64,000 nucleotides of DNA from Candidatus Kapaibacterium sp. GTDB lineage: Bacteria; Bacteroidota; Ignavibacteria; Tepidaquicellales; Tepidaquicellaceae. Location of the stretch: the NCBI GenBank assembly GCA_041675325.1, contig JBAYUG010000004.1, positions 15,759-79,758 of the forward strand. Direction: 5' to 3'. A program made the translations under genes and the position numbers. Shown here piece after piece: positions 55,620 through 64,000 of this stretch; the stretch's first letter is position 1, and each line of letters opens with the position of its first letter. The notes under the pieces were generated by a model that saw nothing but the letters and a program-made list of their open reading frames with translations, searched no databases and was not told where the DNA came from.

Positions 55620-56481
55620 AATTCGGCAGGAAAAATACGATGGTTCTTTCGAAAGAACAACTAAAGCACTTTTAAGAAATCAAAATTCACAAACAAAAAG
55701 GAAACACAAAATGAAAACATTTATCTTAGAGCATAAAATAAAACTCGCAATAGCAGTCTTTCTCGTTTTTATAGTCGGTGCGTGTAATTATCCCGTAACT
55801 CAGGAGAAAAATATCGGCTACGCATTTTCCTGGACAACAAAACCTGAAAACGAAAAAACAGTCGAGCAAAGTCTTAAAAATCTTCCTTGGCTTAACAATG
55901 CACCATTGACCATTAACATTAAGAATGAAGGCGGTACCGATATTGCGGAGTTTAACACCGTTCTGCAGGGAGTAGATGAACAAACAGCCATGCTCCACAA
56001 AAACGACCTTGAAAAAATTAAAGAAATTAACTCCGTTAAAATATTACCGCTTACTGAACATTCAACCGTTCCTTTATACTCTGCAGCTCTTTACAAATTC
56101 TTCAGAGTGGAAGTCTTTTCAAGCGGAAAATCCGAAGCCGAAATAATAGCAGAAATCCAAAAGCAGCTTAAAGAAAATGGTTTTGAAAACGCTTCCGTAA
56201 CCTATGAAAAAATCGGCGATCACAATAAACTTATGATTAAGTTTCCTGAGAACTCTAACATGAACGGTCAGAATATGGAAGTAATCGTTAGCGGTGACGG
56301 TAAAGAAGAAGAGGTAAAAATTAAATCCGCAATCGGTATTGGAATAAATGGCAATATGTCCGACGACGAAATCAAAAGGAAAGTCATAGAAGACAATCCA
56401 AATGTTAAACCCGATGAAATAAAAATTATCCGCGAAGGCGGCAAGCTTAAGGTAGAAGTAGAAAAAGAAGATAGAAAGTAA
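55549..56481 (+). CDS. Single-pass membrane protein, putative anti-sigma factor
   Basis: ATG 55549 is preceded by AAGGAG (55534-55539). One TM segment (IKLAIAVFLVFIVGA). The gene follows the sigma factor and overlaps it. Confidence 0.6.
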   Translation: MKHSKLFQESDGKGMKQMDKYWDKIRQEKYDGSFERTTKALLRNQNSQTKRKHKMKTFILEHKIKLAIAVFLVFIVGACNYPVTQEKNIGYAFSWTTKPENEKTVEQSLKNLPWLNNAPLTINIKNEGGTDIAEFNTVLQGVDEQTAMLHKNDLEKIKEINSVKILPLTEHSTVPLYSAALYKFFRVEVFSSGKSEAEIIAEIQKQLKENGFENASVTYEKIGDHNKLMIKFPENSNMNGQNMEVIVSGDGKEEEVKIKSAIGIGINGNMSDDEIKRKVIEDNPNVKPDEIKIIREGGKLKVEVEKEDRK

Positions 56482-56683
56482 AAGTCTGAACATCTTCCCG
56501 CCACAATTTATGGCGGGAAGAAAACTACAGTTTCATCCTAAAATATCTCTATAAATCATGTTAATAATCAACCCCATCTTACTAAAAACCCAAAATTTAA
56601 CCCATTTTTCAACCATCACTAAATTTTATCCACTCTCGACACCTCATTAAAATACTGTTAAAACAGTCATTAATTGTCTTATC

Positions 56684-56738
56684 AAACGCTAACCAAACGC
56701 TGCTCTAACGTTTATTATACGCTATTCTAACGTCTAAA
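56684..56738. repeat. Degenerate 11-bp phased repeat (wAACGYT) x5
   Basis: CG dinucleotides at 56687, 56698, 56709, 56720 and 56731 give an exact 11-bp period. Confidence 0.8.
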
Positions 56739-57025
56739 TTAATAAAAACACTCACCTATACTATTGCTCTTTAAAATAACTCCATACTTACTCTTTCTGA
56801 GAATTCCGTTCTTTCTCTGTGCGCTCTGTAAAAAATCTTTATTCAAGCTTCTGTTCTTTTCAATAAATTAATTTTTTCTCCGTGCACTCTGTGCCTTCTG
56901 TGATTAGATTTTTCACTGATTTATACCTATTGCTGCGTCATGTCATCTCTTAAATCTTTCCTCAATATTTCCATTTCACATTTAATTCATTATTATTATT
57001 TTTTATTAAATCAAACCCCGAACAA

Positions 57026-58105
57026 ATGATAAAATTTGTCTTTTTTGTTTTTGCATTTATCCCCGTACTTGCTTTTTCGCAGAGCGACACAAATAATTCT
57101 ATCCTTAACGACATCAAGTTCCACGTTCTTGTCGATTCTTACTATTCAGTTGACCTGAATTACACAAAGGACTCCGCTTCAAAAATCAGAACTTTCAGCT
57201 CTAACAGTATGTACAACGATGAGTTTCGTCTTAATATAGCTTTGCTCATGCTTGATTACGATAGCCCGAATCTTTTCTCATCTGTCGCCTTCCAGTTTGG
57301 TGATATCCCTTTTATTTTTACACCTATTGATAAACAGTTTATAAAATATATTAAGCGGGCTTACTTCGGTTATAAATTTAATAAACAGACTTCTGTTAAA
57401 GTGGGTTACATGTCTCATTACATCGGTTATGAATCATCAGTACCGGAATACAATTATCTTTCCACAGCCTCTGTCGGTGGTTACTTTCAGCCTTCCAATA
57501 TTATAGGAGTTCAGCTTCGGCATGACTTTTCCGAAAAATTATCCGCAAGTGCTTACTACTACAACGCATACCATATCGTTTCAAAAAATAATGATAATAA
57601 ATCTGTAGGTATGTCAATGACTTACAGCCCTTTTAAAAATCTTACACTCTTCTACGGAAACTCTTTTGGAAATGAATCCGATTTCGGCTACCAGAATCAG
57701 TGGATGTTCTATAACGATTTCGTTCTTTCATGTTCTTTCGGCAAATTAGACCTCGTTGGTTTCTTCGATTTTGCTCTTCAGACAAATTCCGATAATGCCG
57801 ATACAACCAAAACAGCGTTCATGAATTCTGGTATGCTGCAGCTAAGATACAACGTACACCCAAAGTTTAACCTTACACTTCGCGGTGAATGGTTTCATGA
57901 CCCTAACGCCATTATATCCGAAGGTTCCGGCGATAGCGGTGATTTTCTTAACCTTGCGGGAGCTGCATTCGGTTTCACTTTCAAGCCGATTGATAATTTC
58001 TACCTTAAAGCTGAATACGATTTTCTCGCCTCCGACCAGAATCTTTTCTCAAGAAATTCTAAGCAAAGAAACAGCCTGGTCTTTTGCTCGGGTATAATAT
58101 TCTAA
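57026..58105 (+). CDS. Putative outer-membrane beta-barrel / porin-like protein
   Basis: Signal peptide, alternating aromatic beta-strand pattern and a C-terminal ...SGIIF. Confidence 0.62.
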   Translation: MIKFVFFVFAFIPVLAFSQSDTNNSILNDIKFHVLVDSYYSVDLNYTKDSASKIRTFSSNSMYNDEFRLNIALLMLDYDSPNLFSSVAFQFGDIPFIFTPIDKQFIKYIKRAYFGYKFNKQTSVKVGYMSHYIGYESSVPEYNYLSTASVGGYFQPSNIIGVQLRHDFSEKLSASAYYYNAYHIVSKNNDNKSVGMSMTYSPFKNLTLFYGNSFGNESDFGYQNQWMFYNDFVLSCSFGKLDLVGFFDFALQTNSDNADTTKTAFMNSGMLQLRYNVHPKFNLTLRGEWFHDPNAIISEGSGDSGDFLNLAGAAFGFTFKPIDNFYLKAEYDFLASDQNLFSRNSKQRNSLVFCSGIIF

Positions 58106-58153
58106 AATTTATTACATTTTAAAAGTAATCCTTTCTGCTTAATTTTGACTACG

Positions 58154-58948
58154 ATGATCTGTCCGTATTGCAATAATGTTATTAAAAATAATGAGGAAAA
58201 AGCTGTCTGCTTCCGCTGCGAAATCCCTCATCACAAAACATGCTGGGAAAGGTATCAGGGCTGTTCTACCCCCGACTGCTATGAAAATCCTACCGTTAAA
58301 GCAAACGCTGAAAATGTTGGTAATAAAACCATCACTGAAATTCTTGGAAAAGATAATTACCCCAAAGTATCTGCCGTCCGGCCAAAACCGGACTCGGTGC
58401 AGACTGATAACCCCGAACCCAAAGAAGAGTTTCAGGAAGAATTTAAAACACGCTACAAAGAGAAGCTCGATTTTAAGTTCAGAAGAAGAATTCTTCTCTT
58501 CTCAAGCATAGGAGTCCTTTCAGCGCTCCTTATAGTCTCCGCAATTTTCACATACATAAAAATTAACGAATACTATTCCTCCGAAGATTATCGCATTAAT
58601 CAGTTCATGAAAACATGGGAAGCCGCATGGGAAAGCCGTGACATTTTTCGCTACCGAGAACTTCTCGATAAAGATTATCAATATATTGATAAAGGCGGAA
58701 AAGCAATCTCCTACGACGAAAGAATAAAAAGAGTTACTAAATCATTTGAATCCGTTAAAAACATATCCGTAAAAGTACGCGATGTAAAAATTGAATACGA
58801 GTCCGTTAACAAAAATTACGTGAACGTTAAATTCAATCAGACTTTTTCGGCAGATAAAAAGGAAGAAAAAGGAATTAAAACTCTTCGTCTCTTCAAAAGC
58901 GACGAAACCGGCAATCAGTGGCGTGTTTTCCGTGAGTATTACGAGTAA
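58154..58948 (+). CDS. Membrane protein with N-terminal prokaryotic RING-like zinc finger and C-terminal NTF2/SnoaL-like domain
   Basis: MICPYCNN...CFRCEIPHHKTCWERYQGCSTPDC, one TM segment, then FMKTWEAAWESRDIFRYRELLDKDY. An alternative TTG start lies at 58145. Confidence 0.7.
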   Translation: MICPYCNNVIKNNEEKAVCFRCEIPHHKTCWERYQGCSTPDCYENPTVKANAENVGNKTITEILGKDNYPKVSAVRPKPDSVQTDNPEPKEEFQEEFKTRYKEKLDFKFRRRILLFSSIGVLSALLIVSAIFTYIKINEYYSSEDYRINQFMKTWEAAWESRDIFRYRELLDKDYQYIDKGGKAISYDERIKRVTKSFESVKNISVKVRDVKIEYESVNKNYVNVKFNQTFSADKKEEKGIKTLRLFKSDETGNQWRVFREYYE

Positions 58949-58952
58949 TTAA

Positions 58953-58979
58953 AAAGCCGCAGTAAATAAATTCCGCGGC
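58953..58979. terminator. Hairpin terminator between convergent genes
   Basis: agccgc...gcggct stem, with AAAA before and a T-rich run after. Confidence 0.55.
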
Positions 58980-59007
58980 TCTTATTTAATCATTAAATTC
59001 TTTTCTT

Positions 59008-59970
59008 TCACATAAACAAAGTATATAAAAACGCTATCAGCAATCCAAGATTCAGCATCAAACCAAATTGCATATTGAACTGTGCTGTCATTATGTTAAG
59101 TTTTGTGCCGACTTCCCAGCGTGGTATGTTATCATCAGGTAAAGTTTTCAGCATCTTCACGAGCTTTAATGCTGTCGGTAGTGTTATCAGGTTTAACAAG
59201 GCAGGCCATGGCAGCAAACCAAACACTACAAATAGTATTATCGATGCGTATGCACCGACTATCAAAACATCATACATATAAATTGACATCTTCTGTCCGA
59301 TAATTATCGGAATCGTCTTTACCCCGAATGCCCCGTCAAACTTCATGTCGCGTATATTGTTTGTGTGAAGTATTGCAATTATGAGGAGCCCTATTGGCGA
59401 AGAAAGCACAACCGGTCTCCAGTCAAACTGTCCCGTCTGTACAATGTACGCACCTAAAGTCATCCCGACCCCAAACGTTAAGAATACCATTAAATCTCCC
59501 AATGCTTTATACTTCAAAGCAAAAGGATTTGCTGTATAATATATCGCAGCAAAAAGTCCGAATATCATTAGGTAAAGTATCCATGTACCTATCATCAGCC
59601 ATAGATAAATTCCTATTAAACCCGAAAGTATTAGCGAGCTAAATGCTATTACCTTCATTCTTTCCACCGAGACAAACCCTTTCGATATCACCATCGAACC
59701 GCCGTGTGGAATCCCTATTTCAGGGTCTTCTTTATCTATACCCTTTTTGTAGTCATAAATATCATTTATTATGTTTGACCCTACATGAACCGACATCGCT
59801 CCTATTAGCGTTAAAGCGAAATAAAGAAAGTTAAAGCTTGTTTCCGGTATCAGCAATACTGAAAGTATCGAACCGTACAATACGGGTATTACAGAAGCAG
59901 GAAAAGCAAATGCACGTATTGCCATCATAAATAGTTTAAACCCTTTTGGGGCTTGCATGTTTTGTTCCAT
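59008..59970 (-). CDS. UbiA-family prenyltransferase (MenA-like)
   Basis: 320 aa, polytopic, with the Asp-rich motif NIINDIYDYKKGID. Confidence 0.82.
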   Translation of the reverse strand: MEQNMQAPKGFKLFMMAIRAFAFPASVIPVLYGSILSVLLIPETSFNFLYFALTLIGAMSVHVGSNIINDIYDYKKGIDKEDPEIGIPHGGSMVISKGFVSVERMKVIAFSSLILSGLIGIYLWLMIGTWILYLMIFGLFAAIYYTANPFALKYKALGDLMVFLTFGVGMTLGAYIVQTGQFDWRPVVLSSPIGLLIIAILHTNNIRDMKFDGAFGVKTIPIIIGQKMSIYMYDVLIVGAYASIILFVVFGLLPWPALLNLITLPTALKLVKMLKTLPDDNIPRWEVGTKLNIMTAQFNMQFGLMLNLGLLIAFLYTLFM

Positions 59971-60018
59971 TATATCTTCTATTAATTATTTAATTTCCAT
60001 AACAAACAACCGCATTTA

Positions 60019-60627
60019 TTAATTCATGGGAAATATGACAAAAATAAATGGGTCCCAAAGCATGTGTGATAGCGCCGCCGCAACAATGTTGCCCCTCCAT
60101 ATAAATATCAGTCCCCAGTAAATCCCTACTAAAAAAGCCGCAAGTAAAAGTATAGTATTTCCCGTCGGTATGTGAACAGCCGTGTAAAACGCAACCGTTA
60201 TTATTAACGCAATCCACTTACCGTGCTTCTCTGCAAGATGTCTTTGAATGTATCCTCTCCAGAAATATTCCTCACCGAACCCAATCGGAAAAAACAACAG
60301 CATTGCCACAACCCACTCCGGCAGCTGCTCCTTGTTTGCATAAACGCTGTTAATATTATTCGCATGGTCAGGAATAATACCGAATGTATCAAGTACATAC
60401 CTCCCGAAAAAGAATATCAAATAAAGCAGCGCCGCGCTTCCTATCCCAATCGCAATTTCCTTAACGCTAAAATATTCTTTCTTAAACTGGTCTTTATAGT
60501 GAAGATAGGAAATCACCGAAAGCAACGAGGTGGAAAATGCCATCATTACCCAGAAGTTGAACGGCTTCAAAACAAACATCACAAACCATAAAATCGCCGC
60601 CAATGCAATATATATCAAATACTTCAA
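60019..60627 (-). CDS. CPBP-family intramembrane glutamic endopeptidase (CAAX protease-like)
   Basis: Motifs GFGEEYFWRGYI and SHMLWD. Confidence 0.85.
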   Translation of the reverse strand: MKYLIYIALAAILWFVMFVLKPFNFWVMMAFSTSLLSVISYLHYKDQFKKEYFSVKEIAIGIGSAALLYLIFFFGRYVLDTFGIIPDHANNINSVYANKEQLPEWVVAMLLFFPIGFGEEYFWRGYIQRHLAEKHGKWIALIITVAFYTAVHIPTGNTILLLAAFLVGIYWGLIFIWRGNIVAAALSHMLWDPFIFVIFPMN

Positions 60628-60748
60628 ATAATTCTCTTATTCTTTATACCATTAATTTTAAAAACCCCGTTGTTTTTTGAATACCCTTAATCTTGAATGA
60701 AGTGTAAAAATACTAAATCCCAAATAAACATTAAATCCATACCCCTAA

Positions 60749-61022
60749 CTATCCGCGTTAATCCGCACTAATATGTGTTCTATTATATTTCCATTTTGTT
60801 CTATCAGTGCAAATCATAATCCATCAGTTCTTTGTTGTGCCTGCCTGCAGCAGGCAGGCGCTCTTGCTCTTATTCTAAAAATTTTCTATCCGCGTTAATC
60901 CGTTTAATCTGCGCTAATCTGTGTTCTATTATTTTGTTTCCTCAGTGATAATCATAATCCATCCGCTCTTTGTTGAGCCTGCCTGCTGCAGGAAGGCGTT
61001 CTTTCTTCCACGTTCTATTATC
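60749..61022 (+). repeat. Tandem duplication (2 x 137 bp) of a composite element: module A, module B and a GC-rich hairpin
   Basis: Unit starts (ctatccgcg) lie at 60749 and 60886. Hairpins are gcctgcctgcagcaggcaggc (about 60841-60862) and an imperfect copy near 60975-61000. Confidence 0.9.
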
Positions 61023-61030
61023 TTTCTATT

Positions 61031-62173
61031 TTAAACATAAATCCTCTGTACCCTGTCCGCAAAGGAACACAGCACCTCATACGGAATCGACTTAACAATC
61101 TTAGCTATCTTGTCAGCACCAAGATTGTTCTTGTTTTCTCTGCCTATCAGCAAAACATCATCACCGATTTTCACAGCACTTCTTTTTCCCAGATTAACCA
61201 TCAGCCAGTCCATCGTTATTGTACCGGCAATCGGATAGTATTCATTATTAATGCAAACCTTTCCTCCGCTCGAAAGCGAACGCCAGTATCCGTCGCCGTA
61301 ACCAATAGGAATTGAACCGATAAAAGTTTTTTCCTTTGTGAAATATTTTCTGCCGTATGATATGCTTGTGTTTTTATCAAGCCTCTTAATATAAGTTACT
61401 TTCGACTTCAGACTCATTATGGGTTTTAGCTCTAACTTATTCTCCTTCTCTTCCGATGGATAGTAGCCGTAAAGCAGCAACCCGGGTCTTACCATGTCAA
61501 AGAATGAATCTTTAATATCCAGTATTGCTCCGCTGTTTGCGGCATGTACGATAGGGAATTCCATTCCCGCTTTCTTCAGTAAATGCAGCAGCTCCTTAAA
61601 TTGATTTAACTGTGTTTTTGCAAACTTCTTATCTCCGCTCTCCGCAGTTGCAAAATGTGTGTATATTCCCTCTATATCAAGATTCTTATACGAGAATATC
61701 TGCTCTATATTTTTATAAGCTCTCTTAACGTCAAATCCTATCCTTCTCATTCCTGTATCTATCTTTAAGTGTACCTTGAATTTCTTCTTCAGCCCCCCCG
61801 AGTACCTGTCAAGAAATTTTGCAGTGTCAAGCGATGCTACTGTCGCAATAAGATTGTATTTAAAAAGCCTTGATACGTATGCCGCCGGCTTTAATTTTGA
61901 GTGTATCAATGTCCCGAAAACAAGTATGTTCGCATCAGGAATTGTGGTTCTTAATTTAATAGCTTCATCATAGTTTGCCACACCTAAATAATCCGCTCCA
62001 AGCGATATAAGCTTCTGGCTTATTTCTCTTATTCCGTGTCCGTATGCATTTGCCTTCACAACCCCGCATATCTTCACTTGCTTTCGGGGATTCGCTTTGT
62101 GCAAATGTTTCTTTATCTGATTATAATTATACTCAAGTTTGTTAAGCGATATTTCTGCCCTTGTTGGATTCAA
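61031..62173 (-). CDS. alr: Alanine racemase
   Basis: 380 aa with VVKANAYGHG (PLP Lys). Confidence 0.92.
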   Translation of the reverse strand: MNPTRAEISLNKLEYNYNQIKKHLHKANPRKQVKICGVVKANAYGHGIREISQKLISLGADYLGVANYDEAIKLRTTIPDANILVFGTLIHSKLKPAAYVSRLFKYNLIATVASLDTAKFLDRYSGGLKKKFKVHLKIDTGMRRIGFDVKRAYKNIEQIFSYKNLDIEGIYTHFATAESGDKKFAKTQLNQFKELLHLLKKAGMEFPIVHAANSGAILDIKDSFFDMVRPGLLLYGYYPSEEKENKLELKPIMSLKSKVTYIKRLDKNTSISYGRKYFTKEKTFIGSIPIGYGDGYWRSLSSGGKVCINNEYYPIAGTITMDWLMVNLGKRSAVKIGDDVLLIGRENKNNLGADKIAKIVKSIPYEVLCSFADRVQRIYV

Positions 62174-62384
62174 TTTATATGTCTTTTCTTATCAGCTTTA
62201 ATTATTAAAAATAAATATTCTGATATTAAATTATACAAATAAATTTAAAAGTGGTATGCACTTACACATTCACCGCTGCATCTGATATCTCACGAAGACG
62301 AATAATTTCTGAGCTTGTAACTGTTTAATCTTAGTCATTGTTTTATTTGCAGAAACAAACAATATTTGATTAAATAAAAATACT

Positions 62385-63440
62385 ATGAAAAAGATATTAA
62401 TACTGTTATTGCTCTTTATAAGTGCCGGTGCTTTTGCCCAGAATGCATCAACATACTTTCCTTCTTCACAGGGATATAAATGGTTCTATAAAAACACGCC
62501 GCTGGACTCGCTAAACAATCCAATGACAAACCTGGTTACTTACAGAATAGATTCGTTTGCAGTCGTGCAAAATTATAATGGGAAACAGGCAAATGTTGTT
62601 AGGAAAAAAGATTTTCTTACTTCGTTTAATCAGGAAAGACCATATAACGACACTGCTTATTACAACTTTGACGGCACTAATGGCTGGGAGTTTTTATTCG
62701 CTTCAGTTGATACAACCATAATACCCTTTCCCGGAATAGGCAATTTCCTCGCGGGACTCCGCAACTGGTACAGCGTCTTTCGTTTCGCTCAGGCTGTGAA
62801 TAATGAATATACACTTGTACAAAAGGATACAACTATTTCATTTGATACTATCTCCGCGCCGTTAAGATTTAAGTATAAAGCAAAAAGGTTAAACGACGAG
62901 ACGGTTAATACGGTAAACGGTACTTATGAAAATGCAAAGAAGTTTGTTACCACAACAGGCTTATACATCAGAGTTGTTATTTTTGAAATACCAATCATTG
63001 AAAGACCTGATACAACATGGTTTGCTTCAGGCGTCTGGATGATAAAGCGGGTAACTCCATCGGTCAACGTTGATTTAAGCGGACTCGGCATACCACTTTC
63101 TTTCTCCGTTCCGGGAAATAAATATGAGCTCGAAAACCCGGCAACAGCTATTCAGAATATATCATCTGAAACACCTTCGTCATTTTCGCTGCACCAGAAT
63201 TATCCGAACCCCTTTAACCCTGTTACTAACATTAAATTCAGTATCCCGAAATCTTCAAACGTCAGGATAGCCGTTTACAACATTAGCGGAAAAGAAGTTG
63301 ATGTACTCGTAAATGAGAACGTTAACGCTGGCACATATCAGGTATCGTGGAATGCGGAAAGATACTCAAGCGGAACATATTTCTGCCGAATGTCTGCAAA
63401 TGGATTTGCCGAAACAAAAAGGATGACCTTAATTAAATAA
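62385..63440 (+). CDS. Secreted hypothetical protein with T9SS C-terminal sorting domain
   Basis: Signal peptide. The C-terminus is HQNYPNPFNPVTNIKFSIP...GTYFCRM. Confidence 0.75.
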   Translation: MKKILILLLLFISAGAFAQNASTYFPSSQGYKWFYKNTPLDSLNNPMTNLVTYRIDSFAVVQNYNGKQANVVRKKDFLTSFNQERPYNDTAYYNFDGTNGWEFLFASVDTTIIPFPGIGNFLAGLRNWYSVFRFAQAVNNEYTLVQKDTTISFDTISAPLRFKYKAKRLNDETVNTVNGTYENAKKFVTTTGLYIRVVIFEIPIIERPDTTWFASGVWMIKRVTPSVNVDLSGLGIPLSFSVPGNKYELENPATAIQNISSETPSSFSLHQNYPNPFNPVTNIKFSIPKSSNVRIAVYNISGKEVDVLVNENVNAGTYQVSWNAERYSSGTYFCRMSANGFAETKRMTLIK

Positions 63441-63467
63441 TCTTTAAAATAGTAGATATAAAATTAA

Positions 63468-63498
63468 AAGCCGGTAACATAGACGTGCCGGCTATTTT
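63468..63498. terminator. Hairpin terminator between convergent genes
   Basis: aaaagccgg-...-ccggctatttt. Confidence 0.55.
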
Positions 63499-63513
63499 AT
63501 TTATAGTACTCTG

Positions 63514-63981
63514 TTAGTTCAGCATCCATATTTTAAAATTCAAAACGCTCGCAAAGCTCACCCATAGCAAGTATGGAACCAGCAGCCATGATGCTATCTT
63601 TGAAACAGAATAAAATGTTACAATGCACAATATTATAAATATCCACAGCAATATAATCTCAAAGAAAGCAAACATCGGATTTCTCATCCCGAAAAATATT
63701 ATGCTCCATAAAGCATTCAACACCATCTGTATCGAAAACATAATTGCCGGTATCTTTATATTAAAAGAATCCGACTCTCTCCACACGAGAAAAAACGAAA
63801 TGCCAATCATAAAGTATAAAGTTATCCAGACAGGTCCGAATAGATAATTCGGAGGACTGAACGACGGCTTGTTCAGCGTTGCGTACCATGTCGGTATGCT
63901 CTGGATTGTGAACAGCGAGCCGATTACTCCCGCCGCCTGACTTATGATAATGCTGACTATAAGCCTAAATATGTTCTTCAT
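63514..63981 (-). CDS. tspO: TspO/MBR tryptophan-rich sensory protein
   Basis: 155 aa with five TM segments. PSFSPPNYLFGPVWITLYFMIG is present. Confidence 0.9.
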   Translation of the reverse strand: MKNIFRLIVSIIISQAAGVIGSLFTIQSIPTWYATLNKPSFSPPNYLFGPVWITLYFMIGISFFLVWRESDSFNIKIPAIMFSIQMVLNALWSIIFFGMRNPMFAFFEIILLWIFIILCIVTFYSVSKIASWLLVPYLLWVSFASVLNFKIWMLN

Positions 63982-64000
63982 GTTATTATACTTTTTGTTT

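Noticed and set aside
1-64000. tRNA, rRNA, tmRNA, transposase, integrase, prophage or toxin-antitoxin/defence islands.
   Set aside because: No intergenic gap shows a cloverleaf-like GC-rich segment or rRNA-like conservation. No ORF resembles a transposase, integrase or known defence protein. A tRNAscan/Infernal run would be needed to exclude small ncRNAs.

Overview
64-kb chromosomal window with about 65 CDS. I saw no rRNA, tRNA, CRISPR array, transposase or integrase. Two proteins carry T9SS C-terminal sorting domains (YPNPFNP...), and the gene content is anaerobe or microaerophile-like, so the source is probably an Ignavibacteria or other FCB-group bacterium; this is inference. The window contains rpsT-dnaA and a 508-bp AT-rich intergenic region that is a candidate oriC (9546-10053). 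From there to 20.2 kb the genes run mostly on the plus strand. Housekeeping genes include argF, pgi, tex, manC-like, alr, a complete sufBCDSE-sufT operon, cydAB, ferritin and a tryptophanase/TPL-family lyase. Main points of interest: (1) The 36.4-44.4 kb locus holds two paralogous radical-SAM proteins flanking a CGGC-domain protein, then a DUF5320-like protein with a (GGGRGF)4 tail. It also holds three stand-alone NifX/NifB-like proteins (two His-rich), pdaD, two DUF134 HTH plus zinc-ribbon proteins, a peroxiredoxin and cysK, and it abuts cydAB. A conserved 58-nt promoter/operator module occurs twice in this locus. A third copy of its 20-bp palindrome lies between DUF134 and cydA. This looks like an uncharacterised, co-regulated redox or metal-cofactor system. 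(2) One operon encodes an octaheme OTR-family cytochrome, a cytochrome b, split YeeE/YedE sulfur transporters (one fused to a Cys-less rhodanese-like domain) and MarR. (3) A pentaheme cytochrome carries a T9SS sorting domain and follows 1.1 kb of non-coding DNA with 125-129-bp tandem repeats and a perfect 24-bp inverted repeat pair. (4) A dispersed intergenic repeat family occurs in 10 copies, built from ATCYG sub-repeats at about 10-bp spacing, and there are three unrelated 11-bp tandem arrays. All protein-family calls come from motif recognition by eye and need HMM or BLAST confirmation.
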